Origin: Waddliaceae bacterium
GTDB lineage: Bacteria; Chlamydiota; Chlamydiia; Chlamydiales; SLFE01
Length of the DNA stretch: 64,000 nucleotides
Assembly: GCA_963771045.1 (NCBI GenBank)
Contig: CAVYRW010000004.1
Location: forward strand, 1,184,001 to 1,248,000
Direction of reading: 5' to 3'
Both the position numbers and the translations under genes were made by a program. Under the pieces are notes generated by a model. That model made no database searches and was not told the origin of the DNA. It saw only the letters and a program-made list of their open reading frames with translations. The first letter of the stretch is position 1. Every line of letters starts with the position of its first letter. This document shows, one piece after another, positions 1 through 10,303 of the stretch.

Positions 1-606
1 ATAGAAGCATTTCCTGATATTCTTGAGGATTATTCCTCATACCAAGTAAACACATGCAACTTTTATAGGCAGATGAATATCGATATGGTTGATAAAGCAT
101 TAAAAATGGGTCTTATTCCAAGTCGTTTTGAAAGAGTTAAACTACTAAATAGTTGTATTCATGATAATCGAACCGATGTTTTCGAGCGTCTTTTAGAGAG
201 CATGCCAGATTTCCATATTATGGATTATCTTAAGGGTTCTAGACTCAATTCTTGTGATAGCTTACATGATGGGCGTAATTGGGCTCTTGAAAAGGGCAAT
301 CTCCGAATATTAAAACGTTTTGGTGAACAAAAGAATTTTCGTTTTACGGAAAGAGATTTGAAGGACGATATCCCTATTGCTTCTCTGGAATACATTGTCA
401 ATCATATTCAAGAACATGAATATGAAAGTGAGATTAGAAATTATGCACCCAGTAACCAAAGGGGGCGTACACTCTATAGATATCTAACAGAACGAATTCA
501 TGATTACAAGAGCGAGGGAAGTTATTTTGAGAATCTTCGTTTTATAAAAAGTGCGGAAACTGTTTTACACTTCTTACAAAAAAATAATATTGTTATTTAT
601 TTATAG
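1..606 (+). CDS. Hypothetical protein, 5'-partial (frame open from base 1)
   Basis: Frame 1 has no stop from position 1 to TAG at 604-606; no recognisable motif. Confidence 0.55.
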   Translation: MEAFPDILEDYSSYQVNTCNFYRQMNIDMVDKALKMGLIPSRFERVKLLNSCIHDNRTDVFERLLESMPDFHIMDYLKGSRLNSCDSLHDGRNWALEKGNLRILKRFGEQKNFRFTERDLKDDIPIASLEYIVNHIQEHEYESEIRNYAPSNQRGRTLYRYLTERIHDYKSEGSYFENLRFIKSAETVLHFLQKNNIVIYL

Positions 607-614
607 ACCTGATT

Positions 615-663
615 TTTAGGAAAATCAAGCATGTCTAAAACCCTTATCCCCATTTGGATGTCG
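615..663 (-). mobile_element. Diverged relic of an IS91/ISCR-like ori end
   Basis: Reverse complement GGATAAGGGTTTTAGACATGCTTGATTTTCCTA resembles GGATAAGGCCGTAGACATGCTTGATCTTCCTATAC at the ends of the copies finishing at 5230 and 22643. Confidence 0.55.
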
Positions 664-713
664 TACTGGTGGACCTCTGTACTGGACAAAAAATCATTTC
701 ACACATGACAACC

Positions 714-1716
714 TGTAATGGTTCCCAAAATTAGGACCACCTGCTAAGCTAATATCCTCCTGAAAATCGGAGGATGAAAATGACCCGAAAACGTAAAAAA
801 TTCTCAGCTGAGTTCAAGCTCAAAGCTGTTACTGAAATCTTGAAAGGAGAGAAGACAGCTTCCCAATTAGCAGGCGAGCTTGGTGTTCACCCTGTAGTTC
901 TATCCGAGTGGAAAAAGCACTTCCTGCAGGTAGGGCCTCAAATCTTCGAAAAGCCCAGAAAAGCATCAAAGATAAATCAGGATGAAAAAGAGAAAGCCGA
1001 ATTGTTCGAGCAGATCGGGCGACTCAAGATGGAAAACGAGTGGCTTAAAAAAAAATTGAGGACTTGGATCTAAATGACCGTCGAGCCTTCATTGAATCAG
1101 CTCATCCACACTTTTCTCAGAGAGAACAGTGTAAAATTCTGTCTTTGCACCGCTCTGGATTGTATTATCAATCAGCAGAGCCGGACGAGGAGACTCTCCG
1201 TCTCCTGCGTGCAATCGATGAGGAGTATCTTGCAAACCCTCATTACGGGAGGAGGCGAATGGGTGAAGTCATGAGGGCCCAAGGGTTTGATGTGGGCAAT
1301 AAGAAGGTCAGATCACTGATGTGTCTGATGGGATTAGAAGCTATTTACCCCAAACCAAACCTGAGCAAACCCAACCAAGAGCATAAAAAATACCCCTATT
1401 TGCTCCGTGGGTTGAAAATTGACCGACTCGATCAAACTTGGGCAGGAGATATCACCTACATCCCACTTGTGCATGGCTCTGGTTACCTTTTTGCGATCAT
1501 CGAGAGGTTCAGTCGTTATGTGATCGAATGAGAGTTGTCCAATCTGCTCAATAGCAGTTTTTGAGTTGAGGCGCTTGACAGGGGCCTGGTCAATACAAGA
1601 CCCGAGATTTTTAACACTGATCAAGGAGTACAATTCACGAGTTGCTGTTTTGTCGGCAAACTTGAAGAGAGCAAAGTAAAAGTGAGTATGGACGGAAAAG
1701 GTCGAGCCTTGGACAA
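714..1716 (+). mobile_element. IS3-family element, copy 1 (3'-truncated, orfB has stops)
   Basis: Left IR TGTAATGGTTCCCAAAATTAGGACC; orfA 774-1073; orfB from 1064 with in-frame TGA codons where copy 2 has TGG/TGT; breaks off where copy 2 begins. Confidence 0.9.
774..1073 (+). CDS. IS3 transposase OrfA (HTH)
   Basis: RKKFSAEFKLKAV...LFEQIGRLKMENEWLKKK; A9 slippery run at the orfA/orfB overlap. Confidence 0.85.
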   Translation: MKMTRKRKKFSAEFKLKAVTEILKGEKTASQLAGELGVHPVVLSEWKKHFLQVGPQIFEKPRKASKINQDEKEKAELFEQIGRLKMENEWLKKKLRTWI

Positions 1717-1776
1717 TGTAATGGTCCCCAAAATTAGGACCACATGCTAAACTAATATCCTCCTGAAAATCGGAGG

Positions 1777-2076
1777 ATGAAAATGACCCGCAAACGTAGG
1801 AAATTCTCAGCTGAGTTCAAGCTCAAAGCTGTAACAAAAATCTTGAAAGGAGAGAAGACCGCTTCCCAATTAGCAGGCGAGCTTGGTGTTCACCCCGTGG
1901 TTCTATCCGAGTGGAAAAAGCACTTTCTGGAGGTAGGACCTCAAATCTTCGAAAAACCTAAAAAGGCATCAAAGGTAAATCAGGATGAGAAAGAAAAGGC
2001 CGAATTGTTCGAGCAGATCGGTCGACTCAAGATGGAAAACGAATGGCTTAAAAAAAAATTGAAGACTTGGATTTAA
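1777..2076 (+). CDS. IS3 transposase OrfA
   Basis: Near-identical to 774-1073; A9 run for -1 frameshift into orfB. Confidence 0.9.
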   Translation: MKMTRKRRKFSAEFKLKAVTKILKGEKTASQLAGELGVHPVVLSEWKKHFLEVGPQIFEKPKKASKVNQDEKEKAELFEQIGRLKMENEWLKKKLKTWI

Positions 2077-2897
2077 ATGACCGACGAGCCCTCATTGAAC
2101 CATCTCATCCATACTTTTCTCAAAGAGAACAGTGTGGAATTCTCTCTTTGCACCGCTCTGGATTGTATTATCAACCGGCAGAACCGGGCGAAGACACTCT
2201 CCGCCTCATGCGCGCAATCGATGAGGAATATCTTGAAAATCCTCACTATGGAAGGAGACGAATGGGGGAAATAATGAGGGCTCGGGGGTTTGATGTGGGC
2301 AATAAGAAGATCAGATCACTGATGCGTCTGATGGGATTAGAAGCCATTTACCCCAAACCAAACCTTAGCAAACCTAACCAAGAGCATAAAAAATATTCCT
2401 ATTTGCTCCGTGGATTGAAAATTAACCGACCCGATCAAACCTGGGCAGGAGATATCACCTATATCCCGCTTCTGCAGGGCTTTGGTTACCTTTTCGCGAT
2501 CATTGACTGGTTCAGTCGTTATGTGATCGAGTGGGAGTTGTCCAATCTGCTAGATAGCAGTTTTTGTGTTGAAGCACTTGATAGAGGTCTTGTCGATACA
2601 AGACCTGAGATTTTCAACACAGATCAAGGGGTGCAATTCACAAGTTGTTGCTTTGTCGGCAGACTTGAAGAGAGTGAGGTAAGAGTGAGCATGGACGGAA
2701 AAGGGCGAGCTCTGGACAATGTATTCATTGAAAGGCTCTGGAGAAGCGTAAAGTATGAGAACGTTTATCCAAGAAGATATGAGACGCTGAAAGAAGTCCG
2801 TCGGGGACTGAAGGACTATTTCAAGTACTACAATGAAAGAAGGCCTCATCAAGGGCTTGATTATCGAACCCCGGCTGAGGTATATTTTGCGAAGTAG
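2067..2897 (+). CDS. IS3 transposase OrfB (DDE/rve integrase core)
   Basis: WAGDITYI, FNTDQGVQFTS, DNVFIERLWRSVKYE, YNERRPHQGL motifs. Confidence 0.93.
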   Translation: MDLNDRRALIEPSHPYFSQREQCGILSLHRSGLYYQPAEPGEDTLRLMRAIDEEYLENPHYGRRRMGEIMRARGFDVGNKKIRSLMRLMGLEAIYPKPNLSKPNQEHKKYSYLLRGLKINRPDQTWAGDITYIPLLQGFGYLFAIIDWFSRYVIEWELSNLLDSSFCVEALDRGLVDTRPEIFNTDQGVQFTSCCFVGRLEESEVRVSMDGKGRALDNVFIERLWRSVKYENVYPRRYETLKEVRRGLKDYFKYYNERRPHQGLDYRTPAEVYFAK

Positions 2898-3101
2898 TAT
2901 CCAAAGCGCCGGCGCGCGCTCCCCCCATGGGGGGAGCAAGGCTTATGCCTTCGGATACGAGAGCAACTAGTGTTGTGAGGTTAGAGAAGAAAATTGTGAA
3001 AAATGGAAAAAACGGAACTTTTAACAACCCGAGGATGTTAGCTTAACTTTTGGTGATTTTGGTCCTAAGGAAGGGAACCACCTCATTATCCATTGGGATA
3101 A

Positions 3102-3224
3102 TCGTCCCCCTCAGTGATTTTAGTGATTCAGATGTGAACTTACGTGACGAAGAGTAAGCTCTTTAGAGCTTACCGAGGAGGGTAAGTTCACATCTGAATC
3201 ACTAAAATCACTGAGGGGGGACGA
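3102..3224. repeat. Long palindromic element (~42-bp arms with an inner hairpin)
   Basis: 3102-3143 is the reverse complement of 3182-3224 apart from one extra G; inner GTAAGCTCT-TT-AGAGCTTAC at 3154-3173. Confidence 0.9.
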
Positions 3225-3296
3225 GATTAGGTTACAATCACGGGTTGAATAAATCAATCAAATTTTCTACCCTTATGTGCTAAGGGAATAGAGGTT

Positions 3297-3758
3297 ATGG
3301 TTCTAAAAAAAATTACACAGTCAAATGCTTATGTATTTGATTCACTCGTCCAAGATTACGAAGAGGAGTTTTCACCAATTACAGGAAAAAAGCAATCCCA
3401 TGATGGAAAATACCTTCTTGACTCGGATTGGAGAGCTCCAAATACAGGATATTACTGGACTGAAAATAGAGAAATTATGGGATTTTGCATTAAGGGAAAT
3501 CAAGGGGCTTTCTCAGATATTTTTGAGTTCTATGTGATTCCAAAATTTCGAGGCATGGGAATTGGCGAGAATCTAGCATTTGCTGTTTTTGATGCCTTTC
3601 CGGGAAAGTGGCAAGTCCGTCAAATTGAGGGAGCCGACAAGGCTAGAGAGTTTTGGAGAAAAACTATCAGCAAATACACGTCTGGCAATTTTGAGGAAGT
3701 CGAATTTAGCGATCCCTTTTGGGGAGCTGTCACTTGCCAAAGATTTGAGATCAGTTAA
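3297..3758 (+). CDS. GNAT-family acetyltransferase
   Basis: EFYVIPKFRGMGIG acetyl-CoA motif A; GAGG RBS upstream. Confidence 0.85.
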   Translation: MVLKKITQSNAYVFDSLVQDYEEEFSPITGKKQSHDGKYLLDSDWRAPNTGYYWTENREIMGFCIKGNQGAFSDIFEFYVIPKFRGMGIGENLAFAVFDAFPGKWQVRQIEGADKAREFWRKTISKYTSGNFEEVEFSDPFWGAVTCQRFEIS

Positions 3759-3794
3759 TTCGCATCGAGAACGCCGCCAAGCGATTTAACCTGG

Positions 3795-5230
3795 GTTGTT
3801 CTGACTGCAACAAAGACGTATTCATCGCTTTTTCCTGTAAAGGCCGGGGAATCTGCCCCTCCTGCAACACACGAACAATGGTTGAAACAGCTGCGCACCT
3901 CGTTGAAAATGTCATTCCGCCCATTCCCATCAGACAATTTGTGATCAGTTTTCCTATGCGGATTAGGCATTACCTTCAAACGTACAAAATCCTCCAAACC
4001 GTTTTAAATATTGTCGTCGATGAAATTCGAAAGAGGCTTATCATATGCAGTCCGGATATCATAGATCCTTAAAATCGGTGTCATTAGCTTCATCCAGTAT
4101 TTTGGAAAGACACTAAATTTCCATCCTCATTTCCATCTTATTGTGGCTGATGGCCTCTTTAGCAAAGATGGCAGCGACCTTTTATTTCACGAGGCCTCAT
4201 TGACTCCTGATGATATTGCGGACACCCAAGATTGCATAAGTAAAAGAGTGCTCAGGTATTTTGGGAGAAAGGGCTGGTTTGATAAGCAGACGATAAAAAG
4301 GATGCTCTCTAATGAAAACAGCGGATTTTCTCTCGATGCTAAAGTAAGAGTCCCCTCTTGGGATCGAGAAGGCTTAGAGCGTTTGATAAGATACTGCGGC
4401 CGCCCTAGCTTTGCCAGCGAGAACTTGCGATGGAATGGTCCTTGGGTTCATTATCGCCTTCCTAAACTTAACTCACACCGGCAAAACCTTTGTCCAAATT
4501 GAGCCTTTGGAATTTATCGAGAGGATTTCCCGGTTCATCCCCTATCCCCGCCGACACCTTCGTCATTATCACGGAGTTTTTGCTCCTAATTCTCCTTTAA
4601 GGAAGAAGGTGGCTGCCAGCGCTCAAAAACGCCCTGTATCCAGCATCCAAAAAAATTTACAAGAGTCTTCGAAAAAAGTTATAAAGGTTTCTTTCGACTG
4701 GGCAAAGCTCATAGCACGTATTTACAAAACCGATCCGTTGCTTTGTGAATGTGGTAATAAAATTAAAATTACCTCATTTGTCATCCATACAGTTGAAATC
4801 AAACGCATATTAAACCGCTTAGGCTGCAGGGCCGAGATCCCGAAGTTCGACCAGCCCTACCCTCCTCCTGAATTGAATATCTGCCAACTTCTGCCGTGGA
4901 CTGAGGATGGATTTTCCCCGTTAGAAGATCGCACTCTAGGAGAATGGGGCCTTAGGTCCCCCCACTCATAGATCCATCCAATTGGACAGACAATATCGCC
5001 CCCCCTTTTTGGGAAGATTGAACCATATACGATGATCGCTTCAGAAGGGGCCGATACCTTTTGCTCTCATTTCTCCCAAAATCATGTCATATCTCTAACA
5101 AATCAGAAGAAAAACACGAATTTGAAGAAAATTGTCTGATTATTGTTCAAAAATAAAGAAATCAAAGCCCACCTTTCTGACAATCCGATCTAGGATAAGG
5201 CCGTAGACATGCTTGATCTTCCTATACATT
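3795..5230 (+). mobile_element. IS91/ISCR-like rolling-circle element, 5'-truncated, frameshifted transposase
   Basis: Zn-binding SCKGRGICPSC; HUH motif NFHPHFH after a +1 shift; RYCGRP catalytic Tyr; ends GCTTGATCTTCCTATACATT (oriIS-like TTCCTATAC). Confidence 0.85.
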
Positions 5231-5337
5231 TAAAACTCTCTTTTAGTAAATTAACGATCTTATCTTCTTTCATAATTTATTGAATTTTAATAAATAATTT
5301 GTTATTATTTGTTTTATTAATAATAAAAGGAATGGTT

Positions 5338-8300
5338 ATGACTCCAGAATTAAATAATTGTTTTAACGCCTTAAATCAAATCACTCAAAATCATCAAAAC
5401 GGCAATTTTGACAAGAATAAGCTTTCAAAACTTTTTGAGCAATGCTTAGAGGGCATTGTAAAGGAAGAGTCTCGATCAAAACTCTCAAAAGAAATCACCA
5501 TTCTGCATAGGTTTTTGGATACCCCCTTAGGCCAAACCATAGAAATGAAAGATATTCCTAAATATGTGGCCGATCTGCTTGAGCAAAAACGTAAGCAGCA
5601 ACAATTAAAAAACAATCTACTATATAGAAGCCTTTCGAAAGAATCTCGTAAAATTGTCAAAGCGACAATCAAAAAACTGGCTTCGGAAGAGATCACACGA
5701 AAAGTTATTGAATGGGCCGCCTTGTTTGAAAAAAAGGATATAAAAAAGTGTGAACACTTTTGTGAATCTCATGACAAAAAGCTTCTAATGCTGAGCGAGC
5801 TTTGGTTAGAAGGAGGAAAAGACAAAGTCAAAGCGATTGTATCTCTCATAAAGCAGCTTCCTGATTTCAAAGTGAATACTTCACTTGAAAATAAAGTCTC
5901 ATTTTCATCTTTTGCATTAGTGTATCTACTTGGCGAGGAAAAGGACTATGATAATTTCTCATTTAAAACTAAAGATTTTGAGAAGATCAAAAAATCACTC
6001 TCGGAAAAAATACGCCTCATAGAATCTTTGACTCAACCTCAAGTACTACCACTTCTAAAAAGTTGTTATTTATCATTTTTTCAAGCGATTATCCTTTTAA
6101 AAGAAGCGCCAAAGTTGTTGCAAGCCCTTGCTGAACTTTCTGTGACTTCTTACAGCAGTTTGCCAATTTATTTTTCTGTCTATGACAAAAAACTGGATGA
6201 GAGCTTGACAAACTCGATTTTACCTGCTCGGTTGATCTCACTTTTAGGGCCTCAATTTCTTCCCCTTTTAAACGAATTTTTCCATACTATGGAACCAAAA
6301 AGACAGAGAATTCTTCTTCCGCTTGTTGATCACCTCTATAGAGAACTCAAAAGAGAGCATAATAATCGTGGTCTCATTGAAAAAACAGGCGATATCCTGG
6401 AAAAAACTCTGGCATATCCAAACCCTGAACTAACAGATGCATTAGCAAAGCTTCCAAAAGAAAAGATTCCCCTCTGGTGCCAATGGATAAGAGCTTCAAA
6501 GGTGCCATCACTTGTTGATTTCATCGAGTTTTTGATCAAAAAAAACGAAAAAGATCTTGCAGGAGAAATTGCCCCTTGGGCTGATGAAAAAACTTTTAAG
6601 CAAAAACTTGATTTACAATTCAAAAATGATCCTAAAAGCCAAAAATCCTATAAGAGCTGGATGGCTCAATTTAAAGAGGACATCCCTCTTGGCTGCAACA
6701 AGCTTATTTTCGAACTTTTGGAAATCTCTGAAAAGACACCGGGTCTTTTTGCATCAGTCATGGAAATAGCAAGCAAGCAGCATTCCCCATTATCTTTGAT
6801 CTCGCTTAATCGCATTTTAAAAGAACACTCCGATCAAGCTATTTTACATCGCATTTTAAGTTTTTCCCAAAAGGAATTCGATTTTCCTCTTCATCTAAAC
6901 TTGTGGAAAAAGCAAGGACTAACCCCTGAAATTTGTTTTGAGTTAATCGATTCAATTGGAGAAGAAAAATTTACCTATATCATGAGAAATTCAGCCCTCC
7001 ATGGGCCAATTTTCACTCAGCTTGGAAAAGCCTTAAAACAGGAAAACCACCGTCTTGAATCAATCTTCAAACTCCCGAATGATGAATGCCTTCAAATGCT
7101 TGAGGTATTATTTCCAATAATTTTGGAACAACCTCGTAATCTATTCTCTTTTTTCTCTCTAACGGCAACAACAGGTCTTAAAGATAGTTTTATAAAGGAA
7201 CTTATTGATCCCGAATTCAGAAAATTAATCATTGGATTAAAAAAGCCTCTTAGTCCTGAAACTTATTCTCAAATCTTGAGCCGCCTTAAATCCGATCCTA
7301 CTTATTGCCATCAACTTTTAAGATTGTGCGGTCCTTATCAAAACACGTTTTCACACCTTTCAAAAAGCCGTAAACTTTTTGAGTCTTTAAGCGAAATTGA
7401 AAAGCATCTTGGACTTAGCCACCCTGTGGTGGATCATCTGCTGCATTTATTCAACGTGGGCGATGTAGATATGGCAAACCACTATCTCAAAGTTGCTGGT
7501 GAAAAAAAGTGGGACTTGCTACTAAGACTTGTTGATATGAATAGAGTTTCTTCCAACGAAGATATGACAGCTTTATTTGAATACTTAGAAAATCATAACA
7601 ATGAAAAATTAGCCGGATTTGTCTCATCTGCAAATGCCGGAGCAGTTAAGGCTCTTTTAAATCTTCGGGAAGAGACCGACAAGCTTTTAATTGAGCGTAT
7701 GCAAAAAGGAAAACATCTCAATCAGCTTGACCGAAACTTGCTCCTTTTACATGCCCGCGGCCACAAAGTTATGATTGACACTTTATTAAAGAATCCAGAG
7801 CATCATCTCCATATTTTTAAGCTGATCTCTGAAGGTCATATTGAAACAGCCGTTTGTGAATTTAATGGAGATGCAAAAGAGGTTTTTTATGATCTTGAAA
7901 CAAACCATAAATCTTTTGAATATGTGGCCACAATAGGCCAAAGCCCCGAAAAGAAGCGCTCAGATATCGCCTTTGCGCTTGCTCATTACTTGATCGATCA
8001 AGAAGGCGGGCTTCATTTTGGACGTATTCCGCAGCTTCAAAAAAAGCACCTTCCTATAAGCGCTGAATGCCGAAGCCATGTTGACAGGGTCTTGAATCTT
8101 CTATTAAAGAATCGTGATTTAGCAGCGTTGTTGACTGCCGCCCCAATTCCTAAGGTTAAATCCCCTCAAGACATAATGGTTCGAAAAGCCTTAAATATTC
8201 ATGAAGATGAAACAATCACAAAGCGCCATATTAGAGCGCTTCTTTTAAGCGCTATACTTACCCCGACCCGTCAAAGTGATGTGGGCTCATGTTTTGGAAC

Positions 8301-9789
8301 ATGCCTAACGATCCAACAAGAATCAGGACTTATTGGCATCCTTCAAATCATGAAAGACTTTCTTGCTATTTTAGAATCTGGCGGGCTTACGAGAAATCAA
8401 ACGTTTTATCCAATCAACATTGAAAGCCATTACCTTAAAATAATCTTTAGTACCGGCCACCCTCTTTCAAGACTTAGGGAATACACTGTAGCCACAATGG
8501 GCGCTGAAGATGCAGGCACTAGTATGAGTATCAAACAACCAATTCATAAGATTTGCGATGCGATCGCTGATTTTTTACACCAATTTGATAAGAACATAGC
8601 TTCTCATTCGGGTAATGCAGACAAACTGAAAAAGGATTTCCTATCCGAACTGACTTACAAATATGTTTATGACGCATCAAAAAGCAAGCCGGAAAAACCC
8701 GAAGATGGTCGAGGGGCATGGATCCTTATTGACACTGAAAGTGGAAAACCTGTTGAAAACCTTAATGATTTTAGAACCTTGATTTTAAAAGCACTTCCTT
8801 TTATCGAGCAGTCATTGGCTGAGCAATTACCCGCTCATGAACATGAAATTAAACAATTTATGCAAAGTGAAATTATCCCCTGGATTAATAGCGATCATTT
8901 TATTTGTACGATTTGGAATGATTTGTACTTGATGGTGCTAGAGGATTACAGCGTCGACTTTGACCGTCTTGCCGCCATCAATCCGATTCGTCATTATCAA
9001 AAACTTGGCAATACGCCATGGTGCCTTTTTCAAGGGGGGTTATCCGAAAGAGTCTTTAACACGTATTATGAAAGGAATGATATGAATGATTTTTCCGGCA
9101 GCCAATGCTTAAGCCAGGAGAGTCTTGTGAATTCTCTTTTGAATTTTATCCACAATTTACCGGTTGCTATCAAAGAAGCCTGCAAAAAGAACCCTCGCCA
9201 ACTCGTTTATCTGGGAATGCCGGGCCATGCCCTTTCTTTAAAACCACATAAAATCCTTAAATACTTGTCAAGTTATGAAAATAGCGACTCTCTTTTGTCA
9301 GCACTAAAAGAGCAAACAAAAAAGTGGCAAGAGGCTGAAATCACGCCCCAAGATCATAAGCAAATTTTTGATAACTTGGCGAAAGAAGCCACTGAAGAGC
9401 AAAAACCTGTATTAAAAGAAATGCTTCAAAATATGATCGAAAAACCATGTACTCTTTCAGAATACATTCAGATCTGCAAGAATAAATTACGCTCCAAGGC
9501 TTTATCGAAATTTCATTTGCAAAATATTTTATTAGCTCTCGCTTCGGAAATCGCCAGCCTTCCCCGAATGAGAAAAATCCGGCCAAAAGTAATTGAAATC
9601 GCCGATACTAACTGGCAGTCGCCAAGAAGTCATATGGCAATTACCGGCAACCCTGTAACCGGAAAGGCCATGATCGTACTAACAGATGAAAAGCATCAAC
9701 AATTCAAGCCCATAAATGAAGTTGCATTGCTTGGAAATTGGCAACTGCCGCGGGAAATCATCTTCCCCGATGAGTTTTCTATTAATTAG
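5338..9789 (+). CDS. Large hypothetical protein with a C-terminal putative Cys-His-Asp catalytic domain
   Basis: ~1,480-aa ORF; motifs RQSDVGSCFGT, PGHAL, IADTNW; start chosen from the AAGGA RBS. Confidence 0.8.
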   Translation: MTPELNNCFNALNQITQNHQNGNFDKNKLSKLFEQCLEGIVKEESRSKLSKEITILHRFLDTPLGQTIEMKDIPKYVADLLEQKRKQQQLKNNLLYRSLSKESRKIVKATIKKLASEEITRKVIEWAALFEKKDIKKCEHFCESHDKKLLMLSELWLEGGKDKVKAIVSLIKQLPDFKVNTSLENKVSFSSFALVYLLGEEKDYDNFSFKTKDFEKIKKSLSEKIRLIESLTQPQVLPLLKSCYLSFFQAIILLKEAPKLLQALAELSVTSYSSLPIYFSVYDKKLDESLTNSILPARLISLLGPQFLPLLNEFFHTMEPKRQRILLPLVDHLYRELKREHNNRGLIEKTGDILEKTLAYPNPELTDALAKLPKEKIPLWCQWIRASKVPSLVDFIEFLIKKNEKDLAGEIAPWADEKTFKQKLDLQFKNDPKSQKSYKSWMAQFKEDIPLGCNKLIFELLEISEKTPGLFASVMEIASKQHSPLSLISLNRILKEHSDQAILHRILSFSQKEFDFPLHLNLWKKQGLTPEICFELIDSIGEEKFTYIMRNSALHGPIFTQLGKALKQENHRLESIFKLPNDECLQMLEVLFPIILEQPRNLFSFFSLTATTGLKDSFIKELIDPEFRKLIIGLKKPLSPETYSQILSRLKSDPTYCHQLLRLCGPYQNTFSHLSKSRKLFESLSEIEKHLGLSHPVVDHLLHLFNVGDVDMANHYLKVAGEKKWDLLLRLVDMNRVSSNEDMTALFEYLENHNNEKLAGFVSSANAGAVKALLNLREETDKLLIERMQKGKHLNQLDRNLLLLHARGHKVMIDTLLKNPEHHLHIFKLISEGHIETAVCEFNGDAKEVFYDLETNHKSFEYVATIGQSPEKKRSDIAFALAHYLIDQEGGLHFGRIPQLQKKHLPISAECRSHVDRVLNLLLKNRDLAALLTAAPIPKVKSPQDIMVRKALNIHEDETITKRHIRALLLSAILTPTRQSDVGSCFGTCLTIQQESGLIGILQIMKDFLAILESGGLTRNQTFYPINIESHYLKIIFSTGHPLSRLREYTVATMGAEDAGTSMSIKQPIHKICDAIADFLHQFDKNIASHSGNADKLKKDFLSELTYKYVYDASKSKPEKPEDGRGAWILIDTESGKPVENLNDFRTLILKALPFIEQSLAEQLPAHEHEIKQFMQSEIIPWINSDHFICTIWNDLYLMVLEDYSVDFDRLAAINPIRHYQKLGNTPWCLFQGGLSERVFNTYYERNDMNDFSGSQCLSQESLVNSLLNFIHNLPVAIKEACKKNPRQLVYLGMPGHALSLKPHKILKYLSSYENSDSLLSALKEQTKKWQEAEITPQDHKQIFDNLAKEATEEQKPVLKEMLQNMIEKPCTLSEYIQICKNKLRSKALSKFHLQNILLALASEIASLPRMRKIRPKVIEIADTNWQSPRSHMAITGNPVTGKAMIVLTDEKHQQFKPINEVALLGNWQLPREIIFPDEFSIN

Positions 9790-9875
9790 AGGCGAATTCA
9801 ATTTCCTCTAACAAGAATTTTACCTAATTCTTTGAATAGCTGATCCTGCTTATAGGATGACTCTATCCTTTTGAT

Positions 9876-10264
9876 CAGAATAATTGCGCAAACCCGCAAT
9901 CTTTAGATGCGGGATAAGCAATTAGAATGTTATACTATCCGCAAGCTCTTCTTCGAAAGGGTAAGTTATTTGGAAAGTCTATTTGGTTCGCGGAGAATCC
10001 TTCCGCGGTAAAAGACTAAGGCGCATCTGAGTGTACTTATTGTGGCTACACTCACCGCCCAACGGCAATTATTTTGTGCGTATTTTTAGCAATAAACAAA
10101 TTTACTCTGGGACGGAGTTGCTTAGAGAAATCTAAGTATAGGACGTGGAGTTCAGATAAGACGCGCTAGCGTAATGCGAATGTGCTAGAACTGTGAAGCA
10201 TCAAAAAAGAAGGAAATAACTTGTTATTTCTAGAAGCTCGTTACTTTAGTGGCGAGTAGTTCAC
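9876..10264 (+). mobile_element. Non-autonomous IS605-type derivative (tnpB internally deleted) with an omegaRNA-like right end
   Basis: TTGAT immediately 5'; left hairpin CCCGCAATCTTTAGATGCGGG; right hairpin GCTCGTTACTTTAGTGGCGAG then TAGTTCAC; tnpB peptide remnants (ALLRKGKLFGK, SECTYCGYTH). Confidence 0.75.
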
Positions 10265-10303
10265 AATAGGAAAAGCTTCATCATACTTCCCATTTCCGCC
10301 CTT

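Larger units (their letters stand above)
1717..3085 (+). mobile_element. IS3-family element, copy 2 (apparently complete)
   Basis: Left IR TGTAATGGTCCCCAAAATTAGGACC at 1717; right IR GGTCCTAAGGAAGGGAACCACCTCA ending 3085; TG...CA ends; intact orfA and orfB. Confidence 0.92.

Noticed and set aside
3086..3795. Integron cassette (palindrome as attC plus GNAT gene)
   Set aside because: No convincing RYYYAAC/GTTRRRY ends and no integron integrase in the window
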